Source of the DNA: Nitrospirota bacterium
GTDB lineage: Bacteria > Nitrospirota > UBA9217
Assembly: GCA_963796285.1 (NCBI GenBank)
Contig: CAWCKW010000013.1
Coordinates: 352,001-416,000 of the forward strand
Reading direction: 5' to 3'
Length of the DNA: 64,000 bases
The position numbers were made by a program, and so were the translations under genes. Under the pieces are notes generated by a model. That model made no database searches, had not been told where the DNA came from, and saw only the letters and a list, made by a program, of their open reading frames with translations. Positions 41,235 through 51,184 of the stretch are shown here, in pieces (the first letter of the stretch is position 1; every line of letters begins with the position of its first letter).

Positions 41235-42995
41235 TCATTCGAATTCCCGCATGCGCAGTTCCTCGGAACGCGAAGAGGACCCGAGCGATCCGATCGTTCT
41301 GACCAGGGGCTGCACCTCTTCCAGCGTGCGCGCAAGGGTGCTTTCAGTCTCGTCCTCGACACCGAATGATTTCAGGTCTGAGATAATCTTGACCAGCGAT
41401 TTCTTTTCTGGAAAGACCTTCAAACGGATAGGCGCATTTTCCGGAAGATTGGCAGCAGTTCGTGCAAGCCGCAAAGCAGTTGGGAAGCCGCCCAGCTCGT
41501 CCACCAGCCCCAGTTTCTTCGCATCCTCTCCGGTCCAGATCCGTCCTTTTGCGATCTTTTCAACGTCTTCCTTCGAGAGCTTCCTGCTTGTGGAGACCTT
41601 TGCGGTAAAGTCGTCGTACACGCGGTCGAGCCACTGGCTGAACCGGGCCTGCTGTGCCGGCGTAAAATCGCTGGTCTGGGACCAGGCGTTGGCGTTCCTG
41701 CTTGTGTGCACCTCGTCCCAGGTCACGCCGAGCTTGTTCCAGAACCCCGTCGTGATCATCTTGCCGCCGAAGACGCCGATGGAGCCGGTGATCGTCCCCG
41801 GCTGGGCCACTATCTTGTCGGCTGCCATGGCGATGAAATAACCGCCCGACGCCGCCGTGCCGCCCATGGACGCGATGACCGGCTTGCCCGCTTTTTTTGC
41901 ATTGACGATCTCGCGCCAGATCGTGTCCGAGGCCACATAGGACCCGCCGGGGCTGTCAATGCGGAACAGGATGGCCTTCACGTCCTTGTCCTCCACTGCC
42001 TCCCGGATCGCGGATGCGATCGTATCCGACCCCATGATGATCTCGCCGGTTGCAGGTTCATAGCCGCTCTTCCCGCGCATGATCCCGCCCACACCGTAGA
42101 CCAGGGCAATGGTCGTCCCCTTTTTGTACGGACTTCCGGCCCGCTTCCGGTATTCCGCGAGCGAAAGGAGCTCGGCCTTTGCGCCCGCCTTTCCCTTGAT
42201 TGCGTCATAGGTCTCGTCGCGATATGCAAGCCCGTCAATGAGTCTCGCGTCCACCGCCTGCTGGCCGAGGAACGGCCCTTCGTTGATAAGCGACCGGACC
42301 TGGTCTTCCGTGAGTTTGCGCGCAGCAGCGATGCCGCCTACGATCTGGCTGAACTGGGACTCCATCACCCGTGTGATCGCTTCGCGGTGCGGCGGGAGGT
42401 ATTTTCGCTCGGTGAACATATACCGGTAGGTCTTGTATTCCTTCCGGCCATCAATGCGCGGGATGATGCCCAGCTTGTCCAGGGTCCCCCGGACAAAGGG
42501 TTGCTCATGGATGAGCCCGGTAAGCCCCACATCACCCGAGGGCTGCAGATAGATTGCGTCAAAGGCGGTCGCGAGATAGTAGGAGGAGTTCCCGGGGCCG
42601 GCCTCGCCAAAGGTCTCGGCATACGCGATCGCCGGCTTGCCTGCTGCACGGAAGGCGATGACCGCGTCCCGCACGTCTTGCACCTGAGCCAGCTTTACAC
42701 TTGACTGACCCACCCTGGCTACCAGCCCCTTCACCCGGTCGTCTTGTGCCGCCTTTTCGAGCGTCTCAACTACATCGCGCACGCGCAGCTTTCTGGCCAT
42801 CAGGACCCGCGCCAGGCCATCATCGGGAACGGACTCGATCATCCCCTGCCCGAAGTCCGCCTCAAGGATCACCTGTTTCGGTACGCGGCCGGTAAAGAGC
42901 CAATAATAGAGTCCGATCGCGGTCCCCGCAATAAGAAAAATGAAAAAGATAACAATACAACCGCTTCTGCTCTGCTTTCGGTCATCGCGATACAT
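41235..42995 (-). CDS. sppA: Signal peptide peptidase SppA (long type)
   Basis: DSPGG, AASGGY, TGSIG and GRIWTG.DA..LGLVD; two S49 domains. Confidence 0.95.
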   Translation of the reverse strand: MYRDDRKQSRSGCIVIFFIFLIAGTAIGLYYWLFTGRVPKQVILEADFGQGMIESVPDDGLARVLMARKLRVRDVVETLEKAAQDDRVKGLVARVGQSSVKLAQVQDVRDAVIAFRAAGKPAIAYAETFGEAGPGNSSYYLATAFDAIYLQPSGDVGLTGLIHEQPFVRGTLDKLGIIPRIDGRKEYKTYRYMFTERKYLPPHREAITRVMESQFSQIVGGIAAARKLTEDQVRSLINEGPFLGQQAVDARLIDGLAYRDETYDAIKGKAGAKAELLSLAEYRKRAGSPYKKGTTIALVYGVGGIMRGKSGYEPATGEIIMGSDTIASAIREAVEDKDVKAILFRIDSPGGSYVASDTIWREIVNAKKAGKPVIASMGGTAASGGYFIAMAADKIVAQPGTITGSIGVFGGKMITTGFWNKLGVTWDEVHTSRNANAWSQTSDFTPAQQARFSQWLDRVYDDFTAKVSTSRKLSKEDVEKIAKGRIWTGEDAKKLGLVDELGGFPTALRLARTAANLPENAPIRLKVFPEKKSLVKIISDLKSFGVEDETESTLARTLEEVQPLVRTIGSLGSSSRSEELRMREFE

Positions 42996-43291
42996 GGATA
43001 AGCTCCTTTCAGTAAGGCAAATGATCCTGCGTGTGAGTTGCCAAAAAATAAAATCCTTCTCAACACGGACAGAATATCTTACGCCTTTGACAGGATAGGA
43101 AAATGCTATTATCCGAGTGTATCCTGTGATCGTGTCAAGTGGGATGACGGTTATCGGGATATAGGAAAAGGATAGAGGATTTTTTCAGAAATGGCAAGGG
43201 CTGCTTGTACGATCGGGGAATATGCGGCAAGGTACACCTAAGAACGTCTAACAACGAATCGCCATCTAGGAACGCGATGAGGCCTGCAGTG

Positions 43292-43322
43292 AAAAAAAGG
43301 AGAGAGGGGCGCCCCTCTCTCC
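43292..43322 (-). terminator. Terminator after cytochrome c gene
   Basis: GGAGAGAGGGGCGCCCCTCTCTCC followed by T7 on the minus strand. Confidence 0.85.
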
Positions 43323-43340
43323 CATGATGGATAAGACCGA

Positions 43341-43727
43341 TCAGCAGCCGACAGCGGCCTTCTTCTTTTTTGTGTTGTCAGCCATTGGCTTGAGGGACTT
43401 GAGATAGGACACCAGGTCCATCATCTGCTCGGACTTCACATCCAGAGCCTTGCCCTTGAGAGCCATGGTAACACACATGTTGACCGCCTCTTCGAGGGAC
43501 TTGGTCTCCCCGGCGGGCGTCTTCCAATCTTTTTTGCTGCCGACCCCTTCAAGGCCTTTGCCGTCAGGATGACAGGTGGCGCAGGACTTTCCCGATGTTC
43601 CTCCACCGAGCTTCGTGTCGTTGAACAGGGCCTTTCCACGGTCTTCAGGCGTATGACTCATCGCCAGCACTGCGGAAGCGAACAGCATCACGATCGCGAT
43701 AAGTGCAACAATCTTGAATGATTTCAT
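43341..43727 (-). CDS. Periplasmic monoheme cytochrome c (SoxA/TsdA-like domain)
   Basis: Signal peptide, GKALF, CATCH, SLEEAVNMC and tail KKKKAAVGC. Confidence 0.85.
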   Translation of the reverse strand: MKSFKIVALIAIVMLFASAVLAMSHTPEDRGKALFNDTKLGGGTSGKSCATCHPDGKGLEGVGSKKDWKTPAGETKSLEEAVNMCVTMALKGKALDVKSEQMMDLVSYLKSLKPMADNTKKKKAAVGC

Positions 43728-44097
43728 TCTTTTTCACCTCCTTTCTTTGTAACGATATCGTATATGGGCTTGGACAAAAAGAATCCCTGAAATAGTTGCA
43801 TAAATAACATGCGTATCAGCCGGCGCTTGGGATATGTCGAAGTATAGCATATTTTTACCAGGGTTAGGGCGCGGGTCGTATAAAAATTTTTCTGGCAGAC
43901 CGATAAAACCACCTGTTGCGTTTTTGAGGAATGCTGGTATCTTTGCTCTATCATAGTGATTATATAAGTTGTAGTGTATGTGTTATTAAAGGGATGGAAC
44001 GAACAAGGGACTCGAGACGCTTTCGCCGATAAACGCAGGTGAGACCGTTTCCCAGGATCAGAGTTTCTCAATTCATAAACGAAAGAGGTGATGGAAG

Positions 44098-44160
44098 ATG
44101 GCGCAATCACAGAAGGGTCCAAAGAAGGAAGTTAAGAAGCCGAAAAGCAAGAAAAAGTAA
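44098..44160 (+). CDS. 20-aa Lys-rich small protein
   Basis: GAGGTG RBS 7 nt before ATG; MAQSQKGPKKEVKKPKSKKK*. Confidence 0.55.
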   Translation: MAQSQKGPKKEVKKPKSKKK

Positions 44161-44310
44161 TCCCGGCTATGAGCGAAAGAACAGAGGGGGCACGACGCTC
44201 TCTTTGTCCTTTCGCCGGACCGGAGCAGGAAGAGGTCGTTTCGATGGAATTGATGTGCTGAGCAATATAAGAGAGCTGATCAACAAATGCTCATTCACGG
44301 GGTTTAACGC

Positions 44311-44823
44311 ATGGAGCTTTTAAGCAAGACGCAAAAGAAGAAAGAGGCCCTGTCCTTGCAGGCTCTGGGAGAGCGGTTGGTGACCCTGTCGGCCGAACAA
44401 CTCAAGAGCATCGAGCTGCCATCAGTCCTGTTCAACGCCGTCACCCTGGCAAAGAGGCTCAAGAAACACGGCGCGCGGTTGAGGCAGATGCAGTATATCG
44501 GCACCTTGATGCGTAAATATGATCCCCAGCCTGTACAAGAGGCCCTTCAGCGCATGGAACAGGGGAACCGCGAGCAATCCGCGGAACACAGGAAGATCGA
44601 AACGTGGCGGGATGAGCTGATAGCCGGAAACGATCTGCTGATAGAACGGTTCGCGCTGCAATACCCTCTCGTGGACAGGCAGCAACTGACCACCCTTGTT
44701 AAAAACGCCCGGGACGAACGCGCCGCGAATGACCCCGCTCCCAAGGCATCCCGGTCCTTGTTTCGTTATTTGCATAAATCCACGCAACGGCCCAAGACCC
44801 CGGTTGACGCTCCGGCCTCCTGA
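44311..44823 (+). CDS. yjgA: Ribosome-associated maturation factor YjgA/DarP (DUF615)
   Basis: SKTQKK..A..LQALGE.L, RQMQYIG.LMR, E.WRD.L and R.LFRYL. Confidence 0.92.
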   Translation: MELLSKTQKKKEALSLQALGERLVTLSAEQLKSIELPSVLFNAVTLAKRLKKHGARLRQMQYIGTLMRKYDPQPVQEALQRMEQGNREQSAEHRKIETWRDELIAGNDLLIERFALQYPLVDRQQLTTLVKNARDERAANDPAPKASRSLFRYLHKSTQRPKTPVDAPAS

Positions 44824-44827
44824 GAAG

Positions 44828-44980
44828 CTACCTGGCTTCTCCCTCTTCTGCAGCCGGGACGGGCTTCTCTGCGGAAGCAGCTGTGTTCTTCTCCAGCTTG
44901 CGCTGCATCTTTTCCTCGTTCTTTTTTTTCTTCGCTATTTCCTTCTGACGTTTTTGAAAATCGAAATTCGGTTTCGCCAA
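44828..44980 (-). CDS. 50-aa basic small protein
   Basis: AAAGGAG RBS and TTG start; MAKPNFDFQKRQKEIAKKKKNEEKMQRK... Confidence 0.7.
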   Translation of the reverse strand: MAKPNFDFQKRQKEIAKKKKNEEKMQRKLEKNTAASAEKPVPAAEEGEAR

Positions 44981-45330
44981 TGGTTGCTCCTTTGAGAAGA
45001 TTATTTTTTACGTCCAGGATATGGTAACCGTGTCGAACCCAGTTGTGCCTCGATGACTACCCCATTATACAGGGATACGAACAGGATGTATACATACTTG
45101 TGATGGGAGAAGTGAAAAGACGCATCATCGCGATAAGCGTTCTTAGATCCTGAAGAAGCGGATTAACGTACGGTAAGATCGAATAAATAATGAATTATTA
45201 GCTGCTGAGCGGGCACCGGATGGGTGAAGCATCCTGAGAGAAAAAATCCACAGCTATCCGAATTATATCGGTGTACATCCGTGTCAAATGGCGTTCTTAA
45301 GGCCATGCTGAATGATAATCGATTACGGAC

Positions 45331-46611
45331 TTAGATTTCCCAGGGATACCCGATGAAGATCTCAGGTTCGAAGCCTTCCCTGCCGAATGCGAAATCGCCC
45401 CGGAACACAATGCCTGATGCAGTGACTACCCTCAGCCCGAAGCCGTAGGAATCCCGCATGATGTCACCGAGCTCGCTCCTCACGTCCGAGGTGCTGCCGG
45501 TCTCATAGAACACGGAGATCTGGACCGAGGTGCGGACGTCCTTCATGACAAAAATATCAAAGGGTGTCCGCTCGTCGGTCAGGTTCCACCGGACCTCGGT
45601 GCCGTAGAACAGGGTGTGCGCGCCTTTGTACCGGCCCTGGGAGTAGGACCGCAGACGGCTGAACCCGCCCAGGGCAGTGGCCGTGCCGTAGATATTGTTC
45701 GCTATCGTGTTGTCGATCACTTCATTGCAGAACTTCTGCTGTTCCGGGTCGGTGATGGTGCTGCAGTGCAAGCCCAGTCTATCTTCAATCTTTGCCCGGT
45801 CCGTTTCTCCTTGTTGCCTCACGACCGCGTCGGAGCGGAAGTAGTTGAAAGCCCAGGTACTGCGTCTCCCCAGAGGGATATAGCCGGTGGTATTGTAGTC
45901 CATCACGTAGTAGTCTGGACCAGAATCACTGGGCGGAGATAGTGAGCCGGTCACATCGAGGCGAATCCCCCTGCGCGGATCACCGTAATCGTCGGTCAGG
46001 TCAACACGGGTCCCGACCATCGTCGTGCGGCCGCGCGACCGGGGAGGGTTCTCGGCCTCAATGATTACGTTGCCGTCCTTGTCCCTGATGCTCTTGATTG
46101 TTCCACCGCCTTCATACATCGCCCCGTAAACCTCGAAGCGGCGCTCCAGGAACGTGGCCGTCAAGCGGCCGCCATAGTACTCCATGTCGCCCATCTCGAT
46201 CAGGCGAAAATCGTTCTTGTCCGTGTTCATGCCGCGCTGGCCATAGCTCTGGATCGTCGCTGCGCTTACCGCGCCGAACCCCGTATCGAGGATCAGTGTT
46301 TTCGGTATGAGATGGATGTCCGCAACGCCAAAGGACGCGCCCTTGACCTCGCCGGCGAAGATCACGCCGTACGCGTCTGTGTACGTGTCCGCGATATTCA
46401 TCATGCCGCCGACCAGGCTGATGCCCTGGCCGATGCCGGGAAGGCTGTAAGGGTAGGGAAAGAGCGCGTAGCCGGGGTCCTTTGTGAACTGCTCCTTGCG
46501 GCGATTGGTGATGATCGAATAATCCGCCGGGTCCTCTTCCGCTGCGGCACTGGGACCCAGCATGCAGACAAGACACACGGCATACAGGAATCTCACGATA
46601 AACCTTTGCAT
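45331..46611 (-). CDS. Omp85/BamA-superfamily outer-membrane barrel (no POTRA)
   Basis: Signal peptide, LGG..RLRSY..GRY motif, amphipathic beta strands and aromatic C-terminus. Confidence 0.75.
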   Translation of the reverse strand: MQRFIVRFLYAVCLVCMLGPSAAAEEDPADYSIITNRRKEQFTKDPGYALFPYPYSLPGIGQGISLVGGMMNIADTYTDAYGVIFAGEVKGASFGVADIHLIPKTLILDTGFGAVSAATIQSYGQRGMNTDKNDFRLIEMGDMEYYGGRLTATFLERRFEVYGAMYEGGGTIKSIRDKDGNVIIEAENPPRSRGRTTMVGTRVDLTDDYGDPRRGIRLDVTGSLSPPSDSGPDYYVMDYNTTGYIPLGRRSTWAFNYFRSDAVVRQQGETDRAKIEDRLGLHCSTITDPEQQKFCNEVIDNTIANNIYGTATALGGFSRLRSYSQGRYKGAHTLFYGTEVRWNLTDERTPFDIFVMKDVRTSVQISVFYETGSTSDVRSELGDIMRDSYGFGLRVVTASGIVFRGDFAFGREGFEPEIFIGYPWEI

Positions 46612-46882
46612 CGGATACCTCCTGTATAGTGAAAGCGATACCCTATCTGGGGCCGAGCGAACACAACTATTATATTATTCTGCAAGAGTGGGGTAAAGTC
46701 AAGGGCTTCTGGCGAGCTTCTGTTTTCTTTATCGGCAGTTACTAGTTGAGCTCAGCAGCGCGGGAATGACGGCTAAAACGATGGATGCAACCGAACCTGC
46801 GTAAAAAGAACGGGCGGCTTCCTTGCGGAAAAGACGCGCTCGCTTCGACAGATATGCGTTGCCGCCGTTGCTAATGGAATGT

Positions 46883-46918
46883 CCCCTCACCCAGCCCTCA
46901 CCCGCAAGGGGCGAGGGT
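46883..46918. repeat. CCCTCACCC..CCCTC..GGGGCGAGGG miniature repeat
   Basis: CCCCTCACCCAGCCCTCACCCGCAAGGGGCGAGGG downstream of hgcB. Confidence 0.7.
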
Positions 46919-46948
46919 GTTTTACTTCACCTAAGGGGATAGCGAACG

Positions 46949-47242
46949 TTACCCGCAGCACCCTGCGGAGGTATTGCTGCAGTCGCAGGATGGCGGACCG
47001 CCGGTTACCATGCTGTTGATGATGGCGGCAGCACAGCCAACACCGGCGTTCACGGTGATGGCGCCGAACTCGCAGTTCAGGGCGCAGGCCCCGCATTCCA
47101 TGCACCGGTCCCTGTCCGTGATCGCGGCACGCTTGTCGCGCATCTCGAAAACCCGCTGCGGGCAGACCTCAACGCACCTCCCGCAACCGGTGCACTTATC
47201 CTGCGAGTATTGAAGTGTGGTCACGTTCGCAAGGTATTTCAT
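46949..47242 (-). CDS. hgcB: Mercury methylation ferredoxin HgcB
   Basis: Two CxxCxxCxxxC motifs, CMECGAC, GVGCA and C-terminal CCG; ATGA overlap with hgcA. Confidence 0.95.
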   Translation of the reverse strand: MKYLANVTTLQYSQDKCTGCGRCVEVCPQRVFEMRDKRAAITDRDRCMECGACALNCEFGAITVNAGVGCAAAIINSMVTGGPPSCDCSNTSAGCCG

Positions 47243-48324
47243 ACGATCCTCCATTCTTTGAGCTTAAAGACAACCATCAGGATCAAGGATATGCTGACTG
47301 CTCCAATGTAGAGCGGGATGCCGATCTTCAGTTCTCGTTTAACGCCCGACATGCCCGTAAAGGTTGTCGAGCCCGTGAACTGGAGCGCAATATAGGAACT
47401 CAGTGCGGGAAACAGGAGATAGGCGACGCTTAAGAGTATCGGGTCCTGCGTGATGACAGGTGCGAAAAGATGCAAGGCAAGAAACACCGACAGCACACCC
47501 ACGATCCAGCCTTTTAGCGCAAAGGACCGGAACGGGACAAAAGGCAACAACACCGGGGTCACGAGCGCGCCGGCAAAGACCGCGAGCAGGGCCAAGATAA
47601 GGAATGGCAAACCGCCGAACCATGCTTGTTTGAACAGAAGACCCTGCGGCTGGAGTCCGAAGGTCAAAAGAATGCCTCCTGCCACCCAGGGAAACTTTTT
47701 CATGGCAGGGTTGATTTCCATGGGCGTCAAAACAAGCCGGTCGAGCATCGAGAATCTGATGGTGCCCATCTCCTTTGTTTTTTTGTAGCCCGCCTGAACA
47801 TATGCAGATATATCCCGTGCCTGCACCGGGCCAAAGGCGACCCTGAAGCCTGTGTTCTTCTGCACCGTGCTCGCGTTCACGCCCACAGCGCCGAGCTGGG
47901 GCAGGATGATCCTGCGATGGTCCACCACCGTCTCGAGCTTTGCCTCCGCAATGCGCTTGATTAACTCGTCGGTGCCGAATGTTCCTTTGCCCGCCGCGCA
48001 CCAGACATTGATGCTCTTGGTGTCGAGCACGAGGATCCAGCCGTTCACGCCCTTGAGTTCACGACGCAGAATGTCGAAGGTCAGTTTGTAGTTGGCGGTA
48101 ACGAAGACGTCTGAATCCTTTGTCGGATCGCCGACCGCGTACAGCCCCGGTGTCACCGCATAGTTCATACGGAAGGCGCCGGTCCTGCTTTTTATCATGC
48201 CCCGATAATCGGCGCTCGTCCACTCGGAGGAAACACGGTAAATCGCCCCCGCAGGCGTTGCAACCGTGCCTGTGATCCAAGAGGGTGTTTCCTTTTTCAC
48301 AAACTTCAATGCCTGCATCTGCAT
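47239..48324 (-). CDS. hgcA: Mercury methylation corrinoid protein HgcA
   Basis: ANYKL, cap helix INVWCAAGKG, C-terminal TM helices and FTGSTTFT. Confidence 0.96.
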   Translation of the reverse strand: MQMQALKFVKKETPSWITGTVATPAGAIYRVSSEWTSADYRGMIKSRTGAFRMNYAVTPGLYAVGDPTKDSDVFVTANYKLTFDILRRELKGVNGWILVLDTKSINVWCAAGKGTFGTDELIKRIAEAKLETVVDHRRIILPQLGAVGVNASTVQKNTGFRVAFGPVQARDISAYVQAGYKKTKEMGTIRFSMLDRLVLTPMEINPAMKKFPWVAGGILLTFGLQPQGLLFKQAWFGGLPFLILALLAVFAGALVTPVLLPFVPFRSFALKGWIVGVLSVFLALHLFAPVITQDPILLSVAYLLFPALSSYIALQFTGSTTFTGMSGVKRELKIGIPLYIGAVSISLILMVVFKLKEWRIV

Positions 48325-48464
48325 GAAAAACCTCCTCAGCCGCTCAAACCAAATACATGTTCATGGAACCGCGAAGTCGCGAAGGACGCGAAGAAATTCG
48401 TATTTAAATAAGAAGCATGCCGTCCTGGCGTTCTTTGCGCCTTGGCGGTAAAAAGTTTCTGCTA

Positions 48465-48737
48465 CTATAGAACATCCTTCATCACCGGTCCAAGCAGACC
48501 TTTTACCATGGTCTCCAGGTTGCCCGCCTTGATCAGGGCGATGCAGCAGATCTCGCCGTCCTTGACCCAGCTCGTGATGGCCAGCTTGTCACCCGCCTTG
48601 ATGCCCGCCTTCGCCCGCAGCTCCTTGGGCAGCACCATCTGGCCCCGCTCGTCTACCGTGACGATCGCCTCGACGGCGCAGCAGCTCGCGCCTTTGCCGA
48701 ACGGACCGGCAACGGGCACCTTTTCATTCTTTTTCAT
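48465..48737 (-). CDS. hgcC: HgcAB-associated AbrB-like protein
   Basis: CC.VEAIVTVDERGQMVLPKELR..AGI..GDKL; directly upstream of hgcA. Confidence 0.85.
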   Translation of the reverse strand: MKKNEKVPVAGPFGKGASCCAVEAIVTVDERGQMVLPKELRAKAGIKAGDKLAITSWVKDGEICCIALIKAGNLETMVKGLLGPVMKDVL

Positions 48738-48761
48738 GATCCGCAATCCTCCGGTTTTTCC

Positions 48762-48816
48762 GTATAATCAGATAATACTGATAATGAAGATTATCCGGAA
48801 TTTGGGACGTTGTCAA
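48762..48816 (-). promoter_or_regulatory. Sigma70 promoter and 9-bp-period operator for hgcC-hgcAB
   Basis: TTGACA-17 nt-TAATCT on the minus strand; four (G/T)ATAAT-like hexamers at about 9 bp spacing overlap the -10/+1 region. Confidence 0.6.
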
Positions 48817-49140
48817 CAAGAATAATTACCGTCTCTCTCCCCCCAATCACCGGTATCACGTCGGAGAGAATGATCGGCATCGCTATCACACCCGGCAAGC
48901 GATCCGTTTTCCGGCAATCCAGATCCTGAGCATCACTGATAGGTTAAGCGCTGCAGGAATGCCGAACAGAGCGAGAGCAGATCCGAATCTCTCTGACGGA
49001 GTATTCTTAACCAGGATATTCAATGCGGAGGGACTCCTTAATCTGCTTCGTGAAACCGATGGATAAGAGAGGTATACTAGTGGATAGGATCACAAAACCA
49101 GCGGGCAGTTTTTCCCGAGTGGAAGAGGAGGGACAAGCGC

Positions 49141-49680
49141 ATGAAGCGGTTGAAGAACACCATCAGATTCGCAGCTCTGTTGCTGATGACCGTCACGCTG
49201 CAGTCCTGCATGATGGGCACACAACTGAACACAACATCAGTCGATAAAACGCTCATCTCCGGGACCTACACCCTATTGCTCTACGGTTGCCACTATCCTG
49301 ACCAGGTCGACAATGTCGCAATTCTCGTTGACGAGAACAGCAGATATCCCGTCGAGATCTATGATATTGACACCTCGTACAAAGTGAAGAAGGGCGTACC
49401 TGCGCTGCAGGCGCTCAAGGAGGCGGATGCGTTCGTACGGTGCAGCGTCCACAGAATTTGGCAAACACAGGTTACCAGAATACCGGATGACATCGGCGGG
49501 ACCGTAGGGTATGAGGTCAGGCCCCTCTATGAAACATTAGAGTTCGGCACTCCCGATGTCCTGATGATCAGTTACTCGCTGAAGAATGGAAAAATCAGGG
49601 CATATATCAGGAAGTCACCCCAGGCGGAAGATCGGGATGGAGATGGGCGGGACGCCCGCGGATCCGACGGGCACCGTTAG
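49141..49680 (+). CDS. Hypothetical lipoprotein
   Basis: GGAGG RBS; lipobox LQS-C. Confidence 0.8.
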   Translation: MKRLKNTIRFAALLLMTVTLQSCMMGTQLNTTSVDKTLISGTYTLLLYGCHYPDQVDNVAILVDENSRYPVEIYDIDTSYKVKKGVPALQALKEADAFVRCSVHRIWQTQVTRIPDDIGGTVGYEVRPLYETLEFGTPDVLMISYSLKNGKIRAYIRKSPQAEDRDGDGRDARGSDGHR

Positions 49681-49773
49681 TTGCGAATGATATTCCGCAG
49701 TCCCACATTAGAGAACCGGCCCCAGGGGGTTTATGCTGGAACAAGTTGCCTGAGGCGTTATACGGAGGACAAT

Positions 49774-50223
49774 ATGATCAGGAGCGTGATGGTTTTATTG
49801 GCTTTAGGCACCGTTCTCATGACCCACCCGGCCTACGGGGCCGACAAACAGGAGGAGCAGAATAAGAAGACCGTGGTGGAGTTTTACGAGAAGGCGATCA
49901 ATCAGAAGGATTTTGAGGCCGCCTCGAAATATATGGGTCCGCGTTATACACAGCACAACCCGATGGCAGCAAACGGCCCCGGGGGGTTGCAGGGTTACCT
50001 TCAGTTCCTTCGCGCAAAGTATCCGGAGTCGCATAGTGAGATCAAGCGGGTATTCGCTGATGGAGACTATGTAATTCTGCATGTGCACGCGGTACGGGAA
50101 CCAGGCACGCGCGGCAGCGCCATTGTCGACATTTTCAAACTTGAGAACGGTAAGATCGTGGAGCACTGGGACGTTATCCAGGAGATACCCGAGAAGGCTG
50201 CCAACACGAATGGGATGTTTTAA
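49774..50223 (+). CDS. SnoaL/NTF2-like exported protein
   Basis: NKKTVVEFY, YTQHNP and DIFKLENGKIVEHWD; signal peptide. Confidence 0.9.
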   Translation: MIRSVMVLLALGTVLMTHPAYGADKQEEQNKKTVVEFYEKAINQKDFEAASKYMGPRYTQHNPMAANGPGGLQGYLQFLRAKYPESHSEIKRVFADGDYVILHVHAVREPGTRGSAIVDIFKLENGKIVEHWDVIQEIPEKAANTNGMF

Positions 50224-50509
50224 CTTGTATAAATAAGGGATTATAAAGTTCAAACACGTTGCTCTTTAGCGTCACTTCTTGTCGCCCTGCGATCTGCACA
50301 ATAATTCACCATGTGAAGAACAAATTTCTTCTCTTCATGTAACTATAGTTGCAATTAACCGGTGCTTCTCCCGATCTAATCGTTAACCCGCATCGCATCT
50401 TCAACGAAGCGAATGCCTATTTCAGCAATTTGCACTGGCGGGTGAAGAACGCCTTTGCTTCAAGCAAAGGAGGCAAATCGTGTCTGTGCTATAATTGTAT
50501 CAACAAACG

Positions 50510-50896
50510 GTGATCATGAGCAATATCATCCCGGGCATAGGCGTAGCAGTGTTCATCGTGTAGATGAGGGCTTTCGCAGTTCGTCTATGCTAAGCGGAAA
50601 AATCGGTCGAGTGAACGGGTAAGGGATATTTTTCAGAACACCGAGGAGAACCAGAATGCCGCGCTTGCCAAGTTCAGGAAAACGCTCGAAAACGTGAAGA
50701 AGATCACCGGCAAGGTGAATGCTGTGTCGGAGGACGTCGGACAGATCAGTAGCACGGTTACAAGATTGGAGAAGAGCATATGTGAGAAAGGGCCTCGGGC
50801 CTGCCGCTGGGGTGCATATAGCCGGACTGAAGTCCGGCAATACGACCGGGGGGATGGTAACCCTGGTAAAAAGTCTCAAAGTAGAAAGGAGTGATG
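50510..50896 (+). pseudogene. Degraded DUF948-like gene
   Basis: Fragments IIPGIGVAVFIV*, TLENVKKITGKVNAVSEDVGQISSTV and IAGLKSG lie in different frames before YtxH. Confidence 0.5.
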
Positions 50897-51184
50897 ATGA
50901 TGAAGGAAGAGCTTGGGGTTAAAAAGGTACGAACCATGGTGGTCCCCTTTCTGGCGGGTGGCTTGGTAGGAGCCGGAATTGCGCTCCTGCTGGCGCCGAA
51001 ATCGGGCAGGGAGCTGAGGAAGGACATCAGGGACATCGCCACGAGCACCGGCGATACAATCACCACAACCGTTGAGAAGGGCAAGCAGCTGTATATGGAG
51101 AGCACCGCAGCGGTCAAGAACGCCATCGAGGCAGGAAAGACGGCATACACCGAAACGAGGGAAAAACTTCGGAAGGTTGCATGA
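50897..51184 (+). CDS. YtxH-domain protein
   Basis: FLAGGLVGAGIALLLAPKSGRELR. Confidence 0.9.
   Translation: MMKEELGVKKVRTMVVPFLAGGLVGAGIALLLAPKSGRELRKDIRDIATSTGDTITTTVEKGKQLYMESTAAVKNAIEAGKTAYTETREKLRKVA

Noticed and set aside
43292-43343. Selenocysteine read-through of GC-TGA in the cytochrome
   Set aside because: The downstream hairpin is a perfect palindrome followed by a U tract, typical of a terminator.
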